DNA of 64,000 bases from Monocercomonoides exilis PA203 (Eukaryota > Protista > Preaxostyla). A program made the translations under genes and the position numbers. How positions within the stretch are numbered: the first letter of the stretch is position 1; the number at the start of each line of letters is the position of its first letter. Under the pieces are notes generated by a model. The model was given only the letters and a program-made list of their open reading frames with translations, made no database searches and was not told the DNA's origin. Shown here piece after piece: positions 40,372 to 53,144 of the stretch. Location: positions 434,001-498,000 of the forward strand of contig LSRY02000058.1 of the NCBI GenBank assembly GCA_001643675.2, read 5' to 3'.

Positions 40372-41433
40372 ATGATTCTTCTTCTTCTTCCTCTTCTGTT
40401 GTTGCCTCCAACTTTAACTCAGGCAGCATTGATGATCACTCCACCGTCGCCTCACTCTCCACACAGCACTCTCAACTTTGGAAAAATCAAACGGCTTCCT
40501 TCTTCTTCTTATCCTATGCCTTCTCAATCTTCCTCTTCCTCCTCTCTGGAAATTTTCCCACATCAGCCAAGCATCCGCAAACAGCCATCGAGAGTGAGTG
40601 TCATTGAGGGCATGACGAAATCTCGGGGCATTCAGACAGCCACACGACTTGAGCAGTTCCACCCTATCCTGGAAAAAGCGAGAAACGAAGAAAACCAGTT
40701 TCTATTGGCGCCGGCTAGGCAGCCTGTTGATCCGCTTTCAGCAGCTGCTGCATTTACACTGCAATCGCGAGCATTGATCAGTTGCATTCAGCTCAATGAG
40801 ACCACGAAGCAGGTACTGGAAATAGCAGCACAGGCAAAAGTGGAGCAGAAGATAAGAATTTTGCAGAAGGAGAAGGAAAGAGAAGCGTTTGGGATGTACA
40901 ACCTCAGTCCAACCAAGTCTGCCATGAAAGGAACAACAAGAAAGAACAAAGGGAACTTGGGTCCGCTGAGATAGTCGCGAAGTAGCAGTGCTGGAGGAAG
41001 AAGGATGACTGATGAAGAAGAAGTGAGCGGAGTGAATGTGTCTCTTCCTCCCTTGTTGAATCCGTCTTCTGGCTCTTCTTCTGGTTCTGGTTCAGTTTCA
41101 GTTCCATTGTATTCTCAGCAGGGAATAGTACAACAGTTCTCTATGCAATCACAAGGGATTCTGGGAATTCAAGGGCTTATTCCAACTGGAGCAATGAACA
41201 AGCAAGGAAGCGCAGTTCGTTTGCCTCCTTTGGGGATGCAAGACTCAAATGAAGGAGGAAAAGCACATGAAGGGAGGATATCGTTGAAGAAGGAGAGGCT
41301 TTGCGAGTTGGATAGATTGCCGGATTTGTATGGAGATGATTTGGAACGAGGGATGAGGAGGATTCTGGTGAAAGAAAGGAAGACAGAGAATGGGATGACG
41401 GTTTCAGGGAGCCATACAAAAAGATATTTTTGA
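40372..41433 (+). pseudogene. Hypothetical coding fragment with one in-frame TAG (40972)
   Basis: ORFs 40372-40974 and 41005-41433 share a frame and have coding-like GC content; no recognisable domain. Confidence 0.35.
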
Positions 41434-43957
41434 GAGAATCATTAAAAAGCAGCTCGGCTATCAGATTTTCGGAATGCGTGGGGCTTCTTCCCTTTTGTCG
41501 ATATTTCTGTTTCAGTTGCCGCTCAGTGCAAACAGAAATGCATCTCTTTCTTCTATTTCTGCTTCACTGTCATCTTCAGTTATCACTTCTTTATCCCCAT
41601 CTTGTTCCGCTGTTGCATGCATTTCTGGTTCGTTATTCTCTTCTTATCCTTCTTTTCTCCTTTTCCACTAAATATTTATCATCACAAAAATTTCTTCAAT
41701 CCTTTTGACCACATTTCCTTTCAAAATATTTTATTGGATCAAGAACTTTGTTTTCTTTAACTTTAAAAAATGGAAAATAAGAAAGACTGATAAATATTCA
41801 TCTTTTTCTCATTTTGATTTATGAAAATTTCCTTCTGCGGCATAATTTCTCTGTTTCTTTTTCATTTCTCTCTTAATCTCTGATGCAGATATCAAATGGA
41901 AAGAAATCCAATCAAATGACATGAATGAAGAAGAAGAAGAAGTGTGTGAAATGTTGTTGATGTGTTTGAAGAAGAAGAAGAAGATGGTAATGATGATAAA
42001 TGAATAGAACGAGATGATTAATTGTTGAAAATTGTGAAAATGAGTGTCAATTTACATCAACGGAGAAATTCATTGAAATTCTTTTCTTCTGTCTCTTTTT
42101 CTTCTGGCAAATAATAATTTCTGAATCCTTTTCACTTTCAGCTCAATCTCTTCAACTTTTTCCAACAAAAAAATACAAAGCACGCATCAATCTCTTTTTC
42201 ATTCCATCTATTCCTTTTTCACTTCCCCTTCTTTCACAAAAAAAATCATCTTTCCTCAAAAATAATTCTTCACCTAAGCTGATGCAAGACATCTTCATAA
42301 TATCTCGCATTCCATCTGTCTGTCTGTATTTTTCCTTCCCCACTTTTCTTCTTCTTCAAAGCGATATAATCCCTCATCCTTTCAGCATTCAAAAAACAAA
42401 ATAATAATCACTTCAAAAAATATTCAACAAACCTTCTAAACATTTTTAAAGGCAATTTTCTATATTTTATTCCATTGACAAAGCTCATTTCCCTCCAATA
42501 AAAATTCATTATTCCTTCCATTTCCAAATATTTCTTCATCTGATTCGCTAATCGTCCTTTCCAGAAGTCATTTTTCTATTAAATGCATCAATTTATTGTT
42601 CTTCTGAAAAATGAGAAATTTATGCATTTCCTTCAATTCCATCTTTCTCATTGAAAAATATCCTTTTTCTCGTATGAAAATATCATCTCCAATTCCCATC
42701 CCAATCCCTTCATCCTGGGCACTTTCCATATGAAATCGCTGTCCGAACTTGATAGTCAGACTGAATAACGAGAAATAAAGCTTTTTATTCATTTTCATTC
42801 ATTTCGATCTGATTCTCTGAAATCAGTGCAAAAGCTGTCAACAACCAGATATTCGTATAAAGAAAAATAAATAAATAGCAAACCTTCTTCTCTATTTAAA
42901 ACATAAAATCCTTCTTCAGCGCCTTATGTGTCCACAAAAATTTGTTTATCCAAGGAATACTGCTTGTTTGAAATACGTTGCTCTATTTCTTAAATAGTTG
43001 AAAATATAGAACAAAAAGAAGAAAAAGAAATCATTCCAATTCTTTAAGTTTCTATCTCAAACTTAAATAGAAATATTGCGTTTCATGACTTATGCAAATG
43101 GTATTATTTCTTTTTCGAAAACAACAATAATAAAAATTTAAGCAAACATGTCAATATCCATTTCTTTTTCATATTGAAGTGCAATATATTCTGAATATAT
43201 GTGTTAGGCAACTTAGCAAAAAATAACAAACAAATCATATTTTTTCCAAACAATTGTAAAGCCCAATTGCTGATCTTTGATTTTTGATAATTTTTTTAAA
43301 ATTGTTATGGAACATCAAAAAAAGTTAAAATTTGAAAATGTGTCAAAATTTTATTAATAATATTAGTGAATGAATATTTTTCAAAGAAAATTTTCGCATT
43401 GGACACCTTGAAACATACGAATTAGAGATTAAAAAAGTCTGAAGTGAAAAAACTTTAGTGATGGACATGAAGGCAAAATCTTCTTCACGTCACTCAGGTT
43501 AACAAAAAACGATTTCATAAACAACTTTTGTTAGCTTTGTTGTATTTTTATGAATTAATTACCAAAATTTAATTTCTGCAATATTTACAATATGCCTACA
43601 AATTTAAAGGTTTAAAATTTTGTTATTTAACGGCAAAACATCAACTTTTGAGCAAACCACTAAAACACTCATCGTTTGATTTTTTTCTGCCAATTTTTTG
43701 ATATTATTTTTGTGTTAAAAAATATTCATTGCACCCACATTTAAGTTCATGGATTTTCATTGTTTTTGTTTCAGCAGGTCTCACACTCCCATTTGCAAAT
43801 TTTCCTCTTTATCCTCCAGAGCAGAAGCTGGAAAACGATAAACAGAAAATTGAAAAAACCAAATAAAACTGAAAAATGCTGAAATTTCTTGAAGCAACAG
43901 ACAAACAGAGGTCAAACGAATGAAGAAGATAGCCTGAGCTGCTGCCAAAAATATAAC

Positions 43958-44025
<68 letters not shown>
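43958..44025. repeat. Compound microsatellite A28(GA)20
   Basis: Directly visible. Confidence 0.9.
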
Positions 44026-44029
<4 letters not shown>

Positions 44030-46250
44030 GATGATTTCCAAAACTATGCCAATTCGGCTGCTGAGCTTTGTGTTGCATACCAAACAGCACAACCCTTTCG
44101 CCAACAGCTAACAAGACGTTTGCACTGCTGCTTGTGCCAATGCTCTTCTTTCTGCCTCTTTCTTCCCATTCTCTTCCTATTCTCTTCTTTTTGCTCTTCT
44201 TCTGCTTCTTCTTCTTGCACAACCGGTGGGTGTCTTCAATGCGATGTCCATCTGCCTTCCCTCTTTCCCACTCTCTCTTTCCCCTTTTTTTATTCTCTTC
44301 TGCTTTCTTTCCCCTTCCACTCACTTGCCTCTTCCTTTGCCTTTGCCTCTTCCTTTGTCTTTGACACTCATCAGAGAAGAAAAAGAGTAAAGCATTGAAA
44401 ATGCCTCCAAAACTGACCGAAACACACAGAATATCTGAATTGTTTGAAGAAAAATCCCACAAAAGACGAAGAAGAGGAAGAAGAGGAAGAAGAGGAAGAA
44501 GAGGAAGAAGAAGAAAATCTCAAACATTTTTCGAGTGTTCTCTGCCATCCCATCAGAATTGTGGCTGTCTTTCTTCTACTCTTCATCCGACTCATTCTCA
44601 TTTGCTGCACTTCCTCCTTTCATTCATCACACTTTCTGTGAAATCTGATGACCTCTGTGTTTTCTGATGTTTTGCAGAAGAACGAGGGAAGAGAAACACT
44701 TTTCGATTGCATTGGCTTTGCCGACCTCTGAAAAGAAGAGAAAGAAGAAGAAGTTGATGATAATGAAACGATAATGTTGATAATAACGATATTAAAGTAA
44801 ATGAGGATGATGATGATGAAGATGATTGTAGAGTGTGCGATTGAAGATTTATTGGTACGCACACCAAAACAAGAACAGCAGCGCAGATGAAAGAAGAAAG
44901 CAATCGCAAATGGCTGTGGCCTCAAGGAATTGATGTGCAACTGCCAATGAGAAGCAACACGATGAAAAATGTTGTTTCTTTCTATTTCCTCTTTCCTCTT
45001 CTCAGCAGCTCAATCACAAAAGGAATGGCTAGAATTTTCTATTGATCTCAAGATAAACATTCCATTTGGTGCTTTTCTGATACAGCATATGATGATGATG
45101 AAAATAGTGCATGGAGAAGGATGATGTTTGATGTGCGTTTGATGAAGAAGAAGAAGAAATCCTTTTTCTTTCCTTCATATCTTTGTCGCTTCTGAGAATA
45201 TGTCAATGAGTGAACATAAACCCATTTCCTTTTCCAAAACAATGCTGGCGAATGAAAAACAAAAAACGTTCGAAAGAATTGTTTCTATGGCATCTTCTTC
45301 CATTCTTTGCTTTCACAATCATCATTGTTGTTTGTTATTTTTCTTTTCAATCCCTTTTCATTCAAAAAGCAGCCTTCAATCTGATTCTGCCTCCTCATTT
45401 TCCCTTCTTCCTTTCTCCAAAACAAATTCTCCCAGCAAATAGAATGCGTCAGCCATTTCTATCATGACTTTCATATTCCTATCATATGAAAAAATAAAAA
45501 GCAAAAAAAAAAAAAAAGTATTTTCATTAAAATACTCGAATAAAACAGAGTTTGTCGCATACCAATCGCTTATTGCATCCCTTCCTGCAACCACTTTGCA
45601 TCAACAAAAACTGTCCATTTTCACTCATTCCAGTTTTTATCCTTTTTCTCTTGAACTGAAATTCCATCTCTATCTGTGAGAAAAGCACATCAAAAACCCA
45701 ATCCAAAAGCTCATATAACCTTGTTCCATGCAGCCCATCCCTTTTGCGAAAAGTGTCCATTTCGGCCAATCTTGGCAAAAACAATCATTTCTTTTAAAAC
45801 ATCGAAAATCTCTTCAAATAAAAATATCACAAATAATCCACCAAAAGACACACATTAATATGTGGTGCAGAATCACAAAACTTCCATCGCTCACACCTCT
45901 TCTGTTCATCTATTTTCATCAATCTTCACAACATTCATTTATTTCACAAACGCCATTTCTCATGAAAATACAGGTAATAAAATCATTTGCTCTAAATCAT
46001 ATGTTGTTCCATCTCAGAGGCAGATATCGCTGGACGGTGAGTAACAGCTGAAATATCAGAACATCAACAAAAATTTATTAATAATTCTCTATTATTCATC
46101 GGATCATAAATAAATGTCGAAAAATATAAAAGGAAAATATTTATTTTTGATGTTATATGATACGCAACGTTGAAAAAGGGAATTAATTTTTAATTGAAGG
46201 GCCCATATTAGTCTGTGACAGAAAATAGAAAAGAAAGCAGTTTGAGACGC

Positions 46251-49200
46251 ATGGTTGTGGCAGTGTCAGGAATATTATATTGTGTGTGGATAATTAGTGT
46301 GGGGTGCATGTGCAAGGGTACCACAAGTGATGGAGCAGGCTTTGGAGAGAATTCAGCGAAAGAAGGAAAATTGGATTATTCTGAAGGCACATGGCCAGAA
46401 AAGGCTCAAAACAACAAAATTGGAGATGGCCATTTATTTGACACACATATTGAAGGAAAAGAAGGTAGGGTGAGAGAGACCTGGAAAGAAGAGAGAATGA
46501 TGAAGAAAAATACAAAACAATTGAATGAGAGAAGTGGAGAGGTTGGGAAAGTCCAAAAATGGGGTTTTTGTGAAGAGTGGAAAATGTGGGGAAAGGAGGG
46601 AGTGTGCGGTGGGAGTGGGGTTGAGGGAAGTGTTGTTGGGGTCAATTCATCATTGCAACTGAATTCATTGGCATTGATAGAAAAAAGTGGGGAGAGTGTG
46701 CTCAGGGCATCAGATGGAAGTTTTGTTGAGGTGAGTGGATGTGTTGTTGGAGTTGAGAGAGAGACATCCCTCTTTGATTTTTGTGGAAGCTGTGGATTGT
46801 TCACCAACATTTCCCTCAGATCGTCTTCATCCTCGACTGAACAGATATTTCCACCACTTTTCTCTTCAAAAGCAATGGAAGGAGAGATTTCAGAGAAATG
46901 CCATGTTTCTGTTTGCTCTTCTCATTTCTCATCTTTTTACATATCTTCAGCCCCATTTATCTTATCGCGCTTTGTCACTCTTTCCCAATTAGAATTCTTC
47001 AACATCTCAACAACTCCATTGAAAACAACACATCCGGCTGAAGGGTTAAGCCAAATGGCGTTTCTGATGAGTGGATGTGAGTTTGAGTCAGTGTGGGATG
47101 TGTATGATGGGGGTATTGTCCCCTCACTGAACAGCCCCTCATCTTCCCTGGATGCCTCAAATACTTCATTTGTCAGATGCTATCGATCACAGAATATTGC
47201 AATCAGCGGGAGTGAGGGGAATCCATCGAAACAAGTGAGACAGAACGAGACGGACAATGGAACAAATTCATTCACTTGGTGCGAATGGAATGGCTCTAAA
47301 ACAACTGAAAATAATAATATTCTCAATGATGGGACTTCAAATGGCGGAGCGATTTGCATGAATAATCTGGCATCGGGAACTCTTTCATTGAAATATTGCT
47401 CATTCAACGATTGCTATGCATATGCTTATGGCGGAGGAATCATGTGCTATAAAATCAGCTCAATCAAGGCTGAAAACAACTCATTCAATGCTTGCACCGC
47501 AAAAAATAATGGTGGTGGAATTTTTGCTTACGAAATTTATTCATGTGTCAGGATCAGCGGGTGCGAGTTCCAGAAATGCACAGCAAAAGAATGTGGAGGA
47601 GGCCTTTATCTAACATCTTTTCAGGTTTCTGGATCTTCATGTATTGGAACAGAAAATGGCAAAGGGGAAAGTGCTTGTGTGTTTGACTGCAGTTTCACTT
47701 CATGCTCAGTTACAAATTCGCAAGGTGGGGGCATGTGTTGTTCCACTGTTCCTGCTGCATTCAAAATGAGGAGCGTTCAGTTTATTTCGTGTTCGGTAGC
47801 ATCAGATGGCGGAGGATTGGATTTTGATCCATGTCAATCAATAGCTCCAAACAACAACATTTATAGTTATTTTCTCTTCTTCCATGATTGCAGGTGCACT
47901 AATTCTATTCCACATGGCCATGATGTATTTTTCCAAGACGATTGCAATCATTTTTCATCGAATAACCCGTTCTATGAATCGTACACAACTAATAGTGATG
48001 ATAAAAGAGTGTGCCATTTTTTTTTAAATGGAAGCAGTTATGTGTATCAGCATACAGAAACGAAGGGTTGGTTGAAGGAAGGTCCAAAGGTTCTATCTGT
48101 CGGGGTGAATGGAGACGACTCCAATACTTTGTGTGGGATGAGTGAGGCCGCACCATGCAAAACATTGTGGCATATGGTAGGGACTGATTTTGTACGACTA
48201 TGCTCAAAGATCACAGTACTTGATGGGAAGCATGTGAGCGAAAAGGAAACAATCAATATTGGGGAAAAGAAGATTTCTGTTTTGGGGAAAGGGAAGACAG
48301 TGAGTGTGATTGGAACAGGAGCCCTTTCATCGTCTTCGACAACGCTGTTTTGCATATCTTCTGGTCAACTGGAGGTGGGGTATGTGGGGATCGATCACAA
48401 CGCAACAGGAAGTTTATCACCGAGTGTGTTTGTGGTGTTTGATGGGAGCGGGTCGCTTTCGCTGGAGGATGTGGTGATCGACTCTTCCACATCAGGAGGG
48501 AGTGGAATCTCGTCATCTGTGCTTGAAGTGGCGCTGGGGCAGTTGAAGATGATTGATGTTGAGATCAAAAATATAAAAATGAGTCAACCACTATTTGCTG
48601 AACCATCATCAACAGGATCATCATCAGGAGAAAGTATGCTTTGTAATTTGACAATTCGGAATGTCAATCGGACAACAGGAGATGGAGTGGTGATGGCAAA
48701 GAATGTGAAGGCAGGAGAGACATTTGTGGTGTGGAACACAACAATAGAAGGGTGTGAGTGTGTGAATGGGAATGGGGGAGGGATCAAAGTTGAACTATTA
48801 TCATCGTCAAGCAAAGCTCTAATTGGAGATTCAACATTGCACAGCGGAGGGATAACAGCATTTAATCAATGCAAGAGCAGTGGATGTGGAGGAGGAATAT
48901 TTCTTTCTCTGGGAGATACAGATGCGAAGTTTGAGTTATCAGGAGAATTGATATTTGATAGAAATGAGGCAGAACATGGAAGAAATGCATTTATTTTGGC
49001 AACTGATCTGAACAAAACGGTCACAAATGGATCGTTCAAGTTTGATTATTCCTCAATGATAAATGATAAAACTCTTTTTGTTGGAAGTGATAACTTTCAT
49101 TTAAACAAGGATTTATTCATGTTTCTGATTCCATACAGCTCAATTGAGATATTTATCTCATCGAATGGATTTGATGTTGCAAGATGTGGAAGTGAAGAAG

Positions 49201-52200
49201 AGCCGTGCTTCACAACGTGGAAAGGGATGGAAAACATGGAAAGGGGGAATGGAAATAAAACAATTCAAATTGAAGGATCAACAATTATTCGAGATTCTTT
49301 CAATGTTTCCAACTATCAGATCAAAAAGAGTGTAAAGATGGGAGAAGAAGATACAAAAGCGATATTGAATTTTGAAAAGGCAATTGGAAATCAACTGGAA
49401 TATTTCATGGAAAATGATGAGCATCTTGAATTGATGAATATCCAACTTCAACTGTCAACTGGATTTGAGAACTCAGCCAAAACGATTATTTCCAACAAAA
49501 ATGGAGAATTGGTGATAACTGGATGTTCATTCCATTCAGAGGCTGGAGTTAATAATGGATTTAATTGTGTATTTGTGGATGCGATTGGAGGAACTGTGGA
49601 AGTGAATGATTTGTCGATTGAATCATGCAATGTTGGAAACAGCATATTTGTCATTCATGATTCTGGAATTACTTGCCATTTTGTGAATGTTCGTGTGGAT
49701 TCATTGAATGAAAGCAGAGGATGTCTTCTTCTGATCAAAGGAACTGAACTAACAACAAAGATAAATGAAGTGAGTGAGGAAATGAGTCTCAATATTAATA
49801 ATTCATCATTTTCAGGGGTGAAGAGAAGTGACAATGGAGCAAGCATTTTGGAGTCAAAGAGTGAGAAAAAGATTTGTTTGATTGTAAATTCGAGCAACAT
49901 CACCGAAGACAAAGCAGAATCAAGTGAAAAAGGAGGTGCGATATTCTTCACATTGGGTGCATCAGGATCGATGAAGATGATTAAGTCCGAAGTCAGTCAA
50001 TGCAGCTGCCCCAATGGGAAAGGAGGAGGAGTGTATTTGGCAACAAAAGAAACAGGGTTTCTTGATTTCACATTTGTGGGGATGAAATTCAGCGCAAATA
50101 CAGCAATAGTGGGAAATGACATTTTTATCGAATGTTTCAACATCACATCCCAGATTAATGAAAGCCAATTCCAGTTTGATCTTCGAGAAGGCCATTACAC
50201 TCGTTTCAATGCGATATATGGAATTGATCTCTGCGAATACACAAGCGATACGAATCTGATTGGATTTGTGACTATCCATCAGAGCGATACGATCATTGTG
50301 AGCAGTGTGAATGGGTCGAATGAGAGGCAATGCGGAACCAGCACACTTCCGTGTCATTCAATTGATTGTGGATTGATGCATCTGACTTCAGATTTCATAA
50401 GTCTGATGTTTGTTGTTGAAGAGAGCGTGATTGGTGAAGAGGCAAGTCTGAAAGAAATGAGTTTAAGCTCAAAGAATAGAGACTTGTGTGAAGTTGAGGT
50501 GGAATCAGGGATTGAAAAAACAAAGAATGCGCTGTTGACAACAACTGGAGAAGTGTCATTTGTGAGAGTGAATTTTGTGTTTGATTCGAATTTCATTTCT
50601 TCGCATGAATCACTGATGTCGCCAGAAGGAGGAATCCTTGAGGTGATGAATTGTTCATTCAGCTCAAAACAATCAGCAGAAGAAGGAAATGTTGCTTTTA
50701 CCATTATTCCATTTCACATTTTCAACATGGCAAAGGGAGAATTGCAACTTGATGGATGCACAATATCAAATCTCGTGCTTCAAAAATCTGCATTGCATCT
50801 TTCTTCTCAACTTCCATCAGTGATTTATTTGTTTGAGATCAGCAATTCAACTATTTCTCATTCGCTTGTTGAAATTATTGAATGTGGAAAATTAACAATC
50901 AAGAATTTCAACACAGAAAATATCACAGTTGAGGGAAATGAAGAATCATTGATATGTTGCCTGTCAATGAAAAAGACGATGCAATTGACAAATTGCACAA
51001 TAAGTGGAATCAGTTCAAAAATCACGAAAGGAAAATTGATGAAAATGGAGAATTGTTTGGATGTGAAATTTGATTGTTGCATTTTTGATGGAAGTTCAAA
51101 GGAAAGAAATGAGAAGAATTTGAATGAAGGGGAAGAGATGTGCAGATGGGATGGATCCCTTGTGGATGTTGTGAAGAGTTCTGTGACGATGAAAGACACA
51201 ACAATCTCGAATTCACCAGATGGTGGAATAACAATGAGAGGTGGAAATGTGATTATTGAGAAAGGAGAGTTCATTGACAACAATCCATCAATTGAAGGAT
51301 ATCCATCGCTGAGAAGAAACATCATCTGTTCAGATTCTGGAACATTGAATGTGATGAGTTTGAAAGGAGGAGATGGAGTTTTGCCAAATTCATCACTTTG
51401 GATGTTGGATGAAGGGTGCAGTTTTGAAGGAATTGCTTCAGAGAGAGAATCATCATTTTTCATTCCAGTATTGGAGAGTGTGGAAGCAAAGGAAGAGACA
51501 GATAGAATGAAACTGACATTCAAAGGATTGCTTCTTGTTCCATGTAATCTGTCATTCTCAGTTGTGAAGAGGAAAGGAGAAGAGAAACATATTGAGCATT
51601 ATGATTTTGATTCAAATGGGGTTTTGTCAGAAAGAGAAGCAGAAGGGAGCGTGGCAAAAGATCTCATCAGAAGTTGTGGAGATGAAATAGAAGTGAGTGT
51701 GCATGTTTTATTTGGGAATAAAGAATCTCCTTCATCAACAACTTCATTCATTCTGAAGAACAAAAGTGAGATTGAGCCAAAAAGAGAAGAAAACATTGTT
51801 GAAAGTGGAAAAGGAGGAAAATCTTATTGGATTATCATTGTTCTTGTGTTGTCAATGTTATTTTTGATTGTTTTGATTGGATTTATTTTGTTTGTCGTTC
51901 GGTGGAGGAAGGCAAAGAGACGAACAGAAGAACTGGAGGAGATTGTGAATGACACAGTGAAGAAGGATCCGAAGGCATTTGAGATGGTCACGATGGAGAT
52001 GTCACCAGAAGAGCAGTGGAGGAGAGAGGAGAGAGAGACAGAGAAGAAGAACGAAGAGAGGATCAAGAAGAGGGTGTATGATACGAATATGCAACATTCT
52101 GAATCATCCGAGCATCTTCTATCTGAGAGTGGTTCGACAGAATACATTCTTGGAAAGGATTCGGACAAGATTCCAGAATGGGTATTGGAGAAGGTTGAGG

Positions 52201-53144
52201 AAGAGGAAATAAGGAAGAGAACACCATCTCCATCGGTCTCATCCACTTCAACAACTTCAAATGATTCAGATTCAACATTTGTTCGAGGAGATGATCTGTG
52301 CCCCACCACATCATCGATGTCGAATCTGGTGGATGCAATGGCCTGCTCATCGCCTCATGAAAAGCTGATTGTGGACTTGAGGGATTCGTTGTTCATGTTG
52401 TTGCATGGAAAGAACGAGAAGAAGGAGATGGAAATAGGCACTCTTCAGGAGAGAGAACAAACAGCAGCCCAAATCCTGTTCTGGGTTGCTAATCTTGCTC
52501 TCCACTCCTTTGATGAAATGGAAAACCCTCTTCAATCTCTTTCCAATCTGAGTCCGCATATTGTGTTGTTCTCAGAACATATGGTCATTTGCATTGTGAT
52601 GCACTCTGATTTCTCGTCTGATGATGATTCTGATTCATCCTCCATCTCTTCGTCAACTGTTGTGACATCAGCCAGTGATGATGATGATGACAGTGACTCT
52701 CTTCCTTCATCAGCGTTTGAGGATGATGAATACAACAGGAAGGAATGCCTGAGGTGGAAGGCGCCAGAGCTGCTGATGAACAAGAAGATGGGTGCAACAA
52801 AAGAATCTGTGGCATTCTCGATAGGGATGATGCTGTGGGAGTGTGTGACACTGGAGATTCCGTTTGGGGAGTATGAGGCAGCGATTGCAGGAGACAAGAT
52901 TGTTTGTGGGGAGAGGCCGAGGATGGGGGATGAGCACTCGACTCTCGAAGAGGTGGTGAAGGGGTGTCTGTCAGGCGAGGAAGGGCTGCGGCCGACATTG
53001 GGAGATTTGAAGCGGGAGTTTCTTGGGCACTTTCCGAAAGAAGTGGTGGTCATGACAGTTTCGGATGCAGTTGCGATTCAGTCTTTGATGTATTGCGAAG
53101 CGAATGGACAGGATAATGAGAATAATGAGGATAATGAAGAATAG
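46251..53144 (+). CDS. Giant receptor-like protein: Cys-rich beta-helix-like ectodomain with three CGx4-5PC modules, a TM helix, and a degenerate tyrosine-kinase-like C-terminal domain
   Basis: Uninterrupted ORF (first ATG 46251). TM YWIIIVLVLSMLFLIVLIGFILFVV. Kinase C-lobe motifs LRWKAPEL, AFSIGMMLWECVTLEIPF, GERP and RPT. No canonical HRD or DFG. Confidence 0.82.
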   Translation: MVVAVSGILYCVWIISVGCMCKGTTSDGAGFGENSAKEGKLDYSEGTWPEKAQNNKIGDGHLFDTHIEGKEGRVRETWKEERMMKKNTKQLNERSGEVGKVQKWGFCEEWKMWGKEGVCGGSGVEGSVVGVNSSLQLNSLALIEKSGESVLRASDGSFVEVSGCVVGVERETSLFDFCGSCGLFTNISLRSSSSSTEQIFPPLFSSKAMEGEISEKCHVSVCSSHFSSFYISSAPFILSRFVTLSQLEFFNISTTPLKTTHPAEGLSQMAFLMSGCEFESVWDVYDGGIVPSLNSPSSSLDASNTSFVRCYRSQNIAISGSEGNPSKQVRQNETDNGTNSFTWCEWNGSKTTENNNILNDGTSNGGAICMNNLASGTLSLKYCSFNDCYAYAYGGGIMCYKISSIKAENNSFNACTAKNNGGGIFAYEIYSCVRISGCEFQKCTAKECGGGLYLTSFQVSGSSCIGTENGKGESACVFDCSFTSCSVTNSQGGGMCCSTVPAAFKMRSVQFISCSVASDGGGLDFDPCQSIAPNNNIYSYFLFFHDCRCTNSIPHGHDVFFQDDCNHFSSNNPFYESYTTNSDDKRVCHFFLNGSSYVYQHTETKGWLKEGPKVLSVGVNGDDSNTLCGMSEAAPCKTLWHMVGTDFVRLCSKITVLDGKHVSEKETINIGEKKISVLGKGKTVSVIGTGALSSSSTTLFCISSGQLEVGYVGIDHNATGSLSPSVFVVFDGSGSLSLEDVVIDSSTSGGSGISSSVLEVALGQLKMIDVEIKNIKMSQPLFAEPSSTGSSSGESMLCNLTIRNVNRTTGDGVVMAKNVKAGETFVVWNTTIEGCECVNGNGGGIKVELLSSSSKALIGDSTLHSGGITAFNQCKSSGCGGGIFLSLGDTDAKFELSGELIFDRNEAEHGRNAFILATDLNKTVTNGSFKFDYSSMINDKTLFVGSDNFHLNKDLFMFLIPYSSIEIFISSNGFDVARCGSEEEPCFTTWKGMENMERGNGNKTIQIEGSTIIRDSFNVSNYQIKKSVKMGEEDTKAILNFEKAIGNQLEYFMENDEHLELMNIQLQLSTGFENSAKTIISNKNGELVITGCSFHSEAGVNNGFNCVFVDAIGGTVEVNDLSIESCNVGNSIFVIHDSGITCHFVNVRVDSLNESRGCLLLIKGTELTTKINEVSEEMSLNINNSSFSGVKRSDNGASILESKSEKKICLIVNSSNITEDKAESSEKGGAIFFTLGASGSMKMIKSEVSQCSCPNGKGGGVYLATKETGFLDFTFVGMKFSANTAIVGNDIFIECFNITSQINESQFQFDLREGHYTRFNAIYGIDLCEYTSDTNLIGFVTIHQSDTIIVSSVNGSNERQCGTSTLPCHSIDCGLMHLTSDFISLMFVVEESVIGEEASLKEMSLSSKNRDLCEVEVESGIEKTKNALLTTTGEVSFVRVNFVFDSNFISSHESLMSPEGGILEVMNCSFSSKQSAEEGNVAFTIIPFHIFNMAKGELQLDGCTISNLVLQKSALHLSSQLPSVIYLFEISNSTISHSLVEIIECGKLTIKNFNTENITVEGNEESLICCLSMKKTMQLTNCTISGISSKITKGKLMKMENCLDVKFDCCIFDGSSKERNEKNLNEGEEMCRWDGSLVDVVKSSVTMKDTTISNSPDGGITMRGGNVIIEKGEFIDNNPSIEGYPSLRRNIICSDSGTLNVMSLKGGDGVLPNSSLWMLDEGCSFEGIASERESSFFIPVLESVEAKEETDRMKLTFKGLLLVPCNLSFSVVKRKGEEKHIEHYDFDSNGVLSEREAEGSVAKDLIRSCGDEIEVSVHVLFGNKESPSSTTSFILKNKSEIEPKREENIVESGKGGKSYWIIIVLVLSMLFLIVLIGFILFVVRWRKAKRRTEELEEIVNDTVKKDPKAFEMVTMEMSPEEQWRREERETEKKNEERIKKRVYDTNMQHSESSEHLLSESGSTEYILGKDSDKIPEWVLEKVEEEEIRKRTPSPSVSSTSTTSNDSDSTFVRGDDLCPTTSSMSNLVDAMACSSPHEKLIVDLRDSLFMLLHGKNEKKEMEIGTLQEREQTAAQILFWVANLALHSFDEMENPLQSLSNLSPHIVLFSEHMVICIVMHSDFSSDDDSDSSSISSSTVVTSASDDDDDSDSLPSSAFEDDEYNRKECLRWKAPELLMNKKMGATKESVAFSIGMMLWECVTLEIPFGEYEAAIAGDKIVCGERPRMGDEHSTLEEVVKGCLSGEEGLRPTLGDLKREFLGHFPKEVVVMTVSDAVAIQSLMYCEANGQDNENNEDNEE

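Noticed and set aside
43781-44940. Overlapping ORFs in the 43.8-44.9 kb region as genes
   Set aside because: They arise from A/GA/GAA-type low-complexity tracts and have no recognisable domain.
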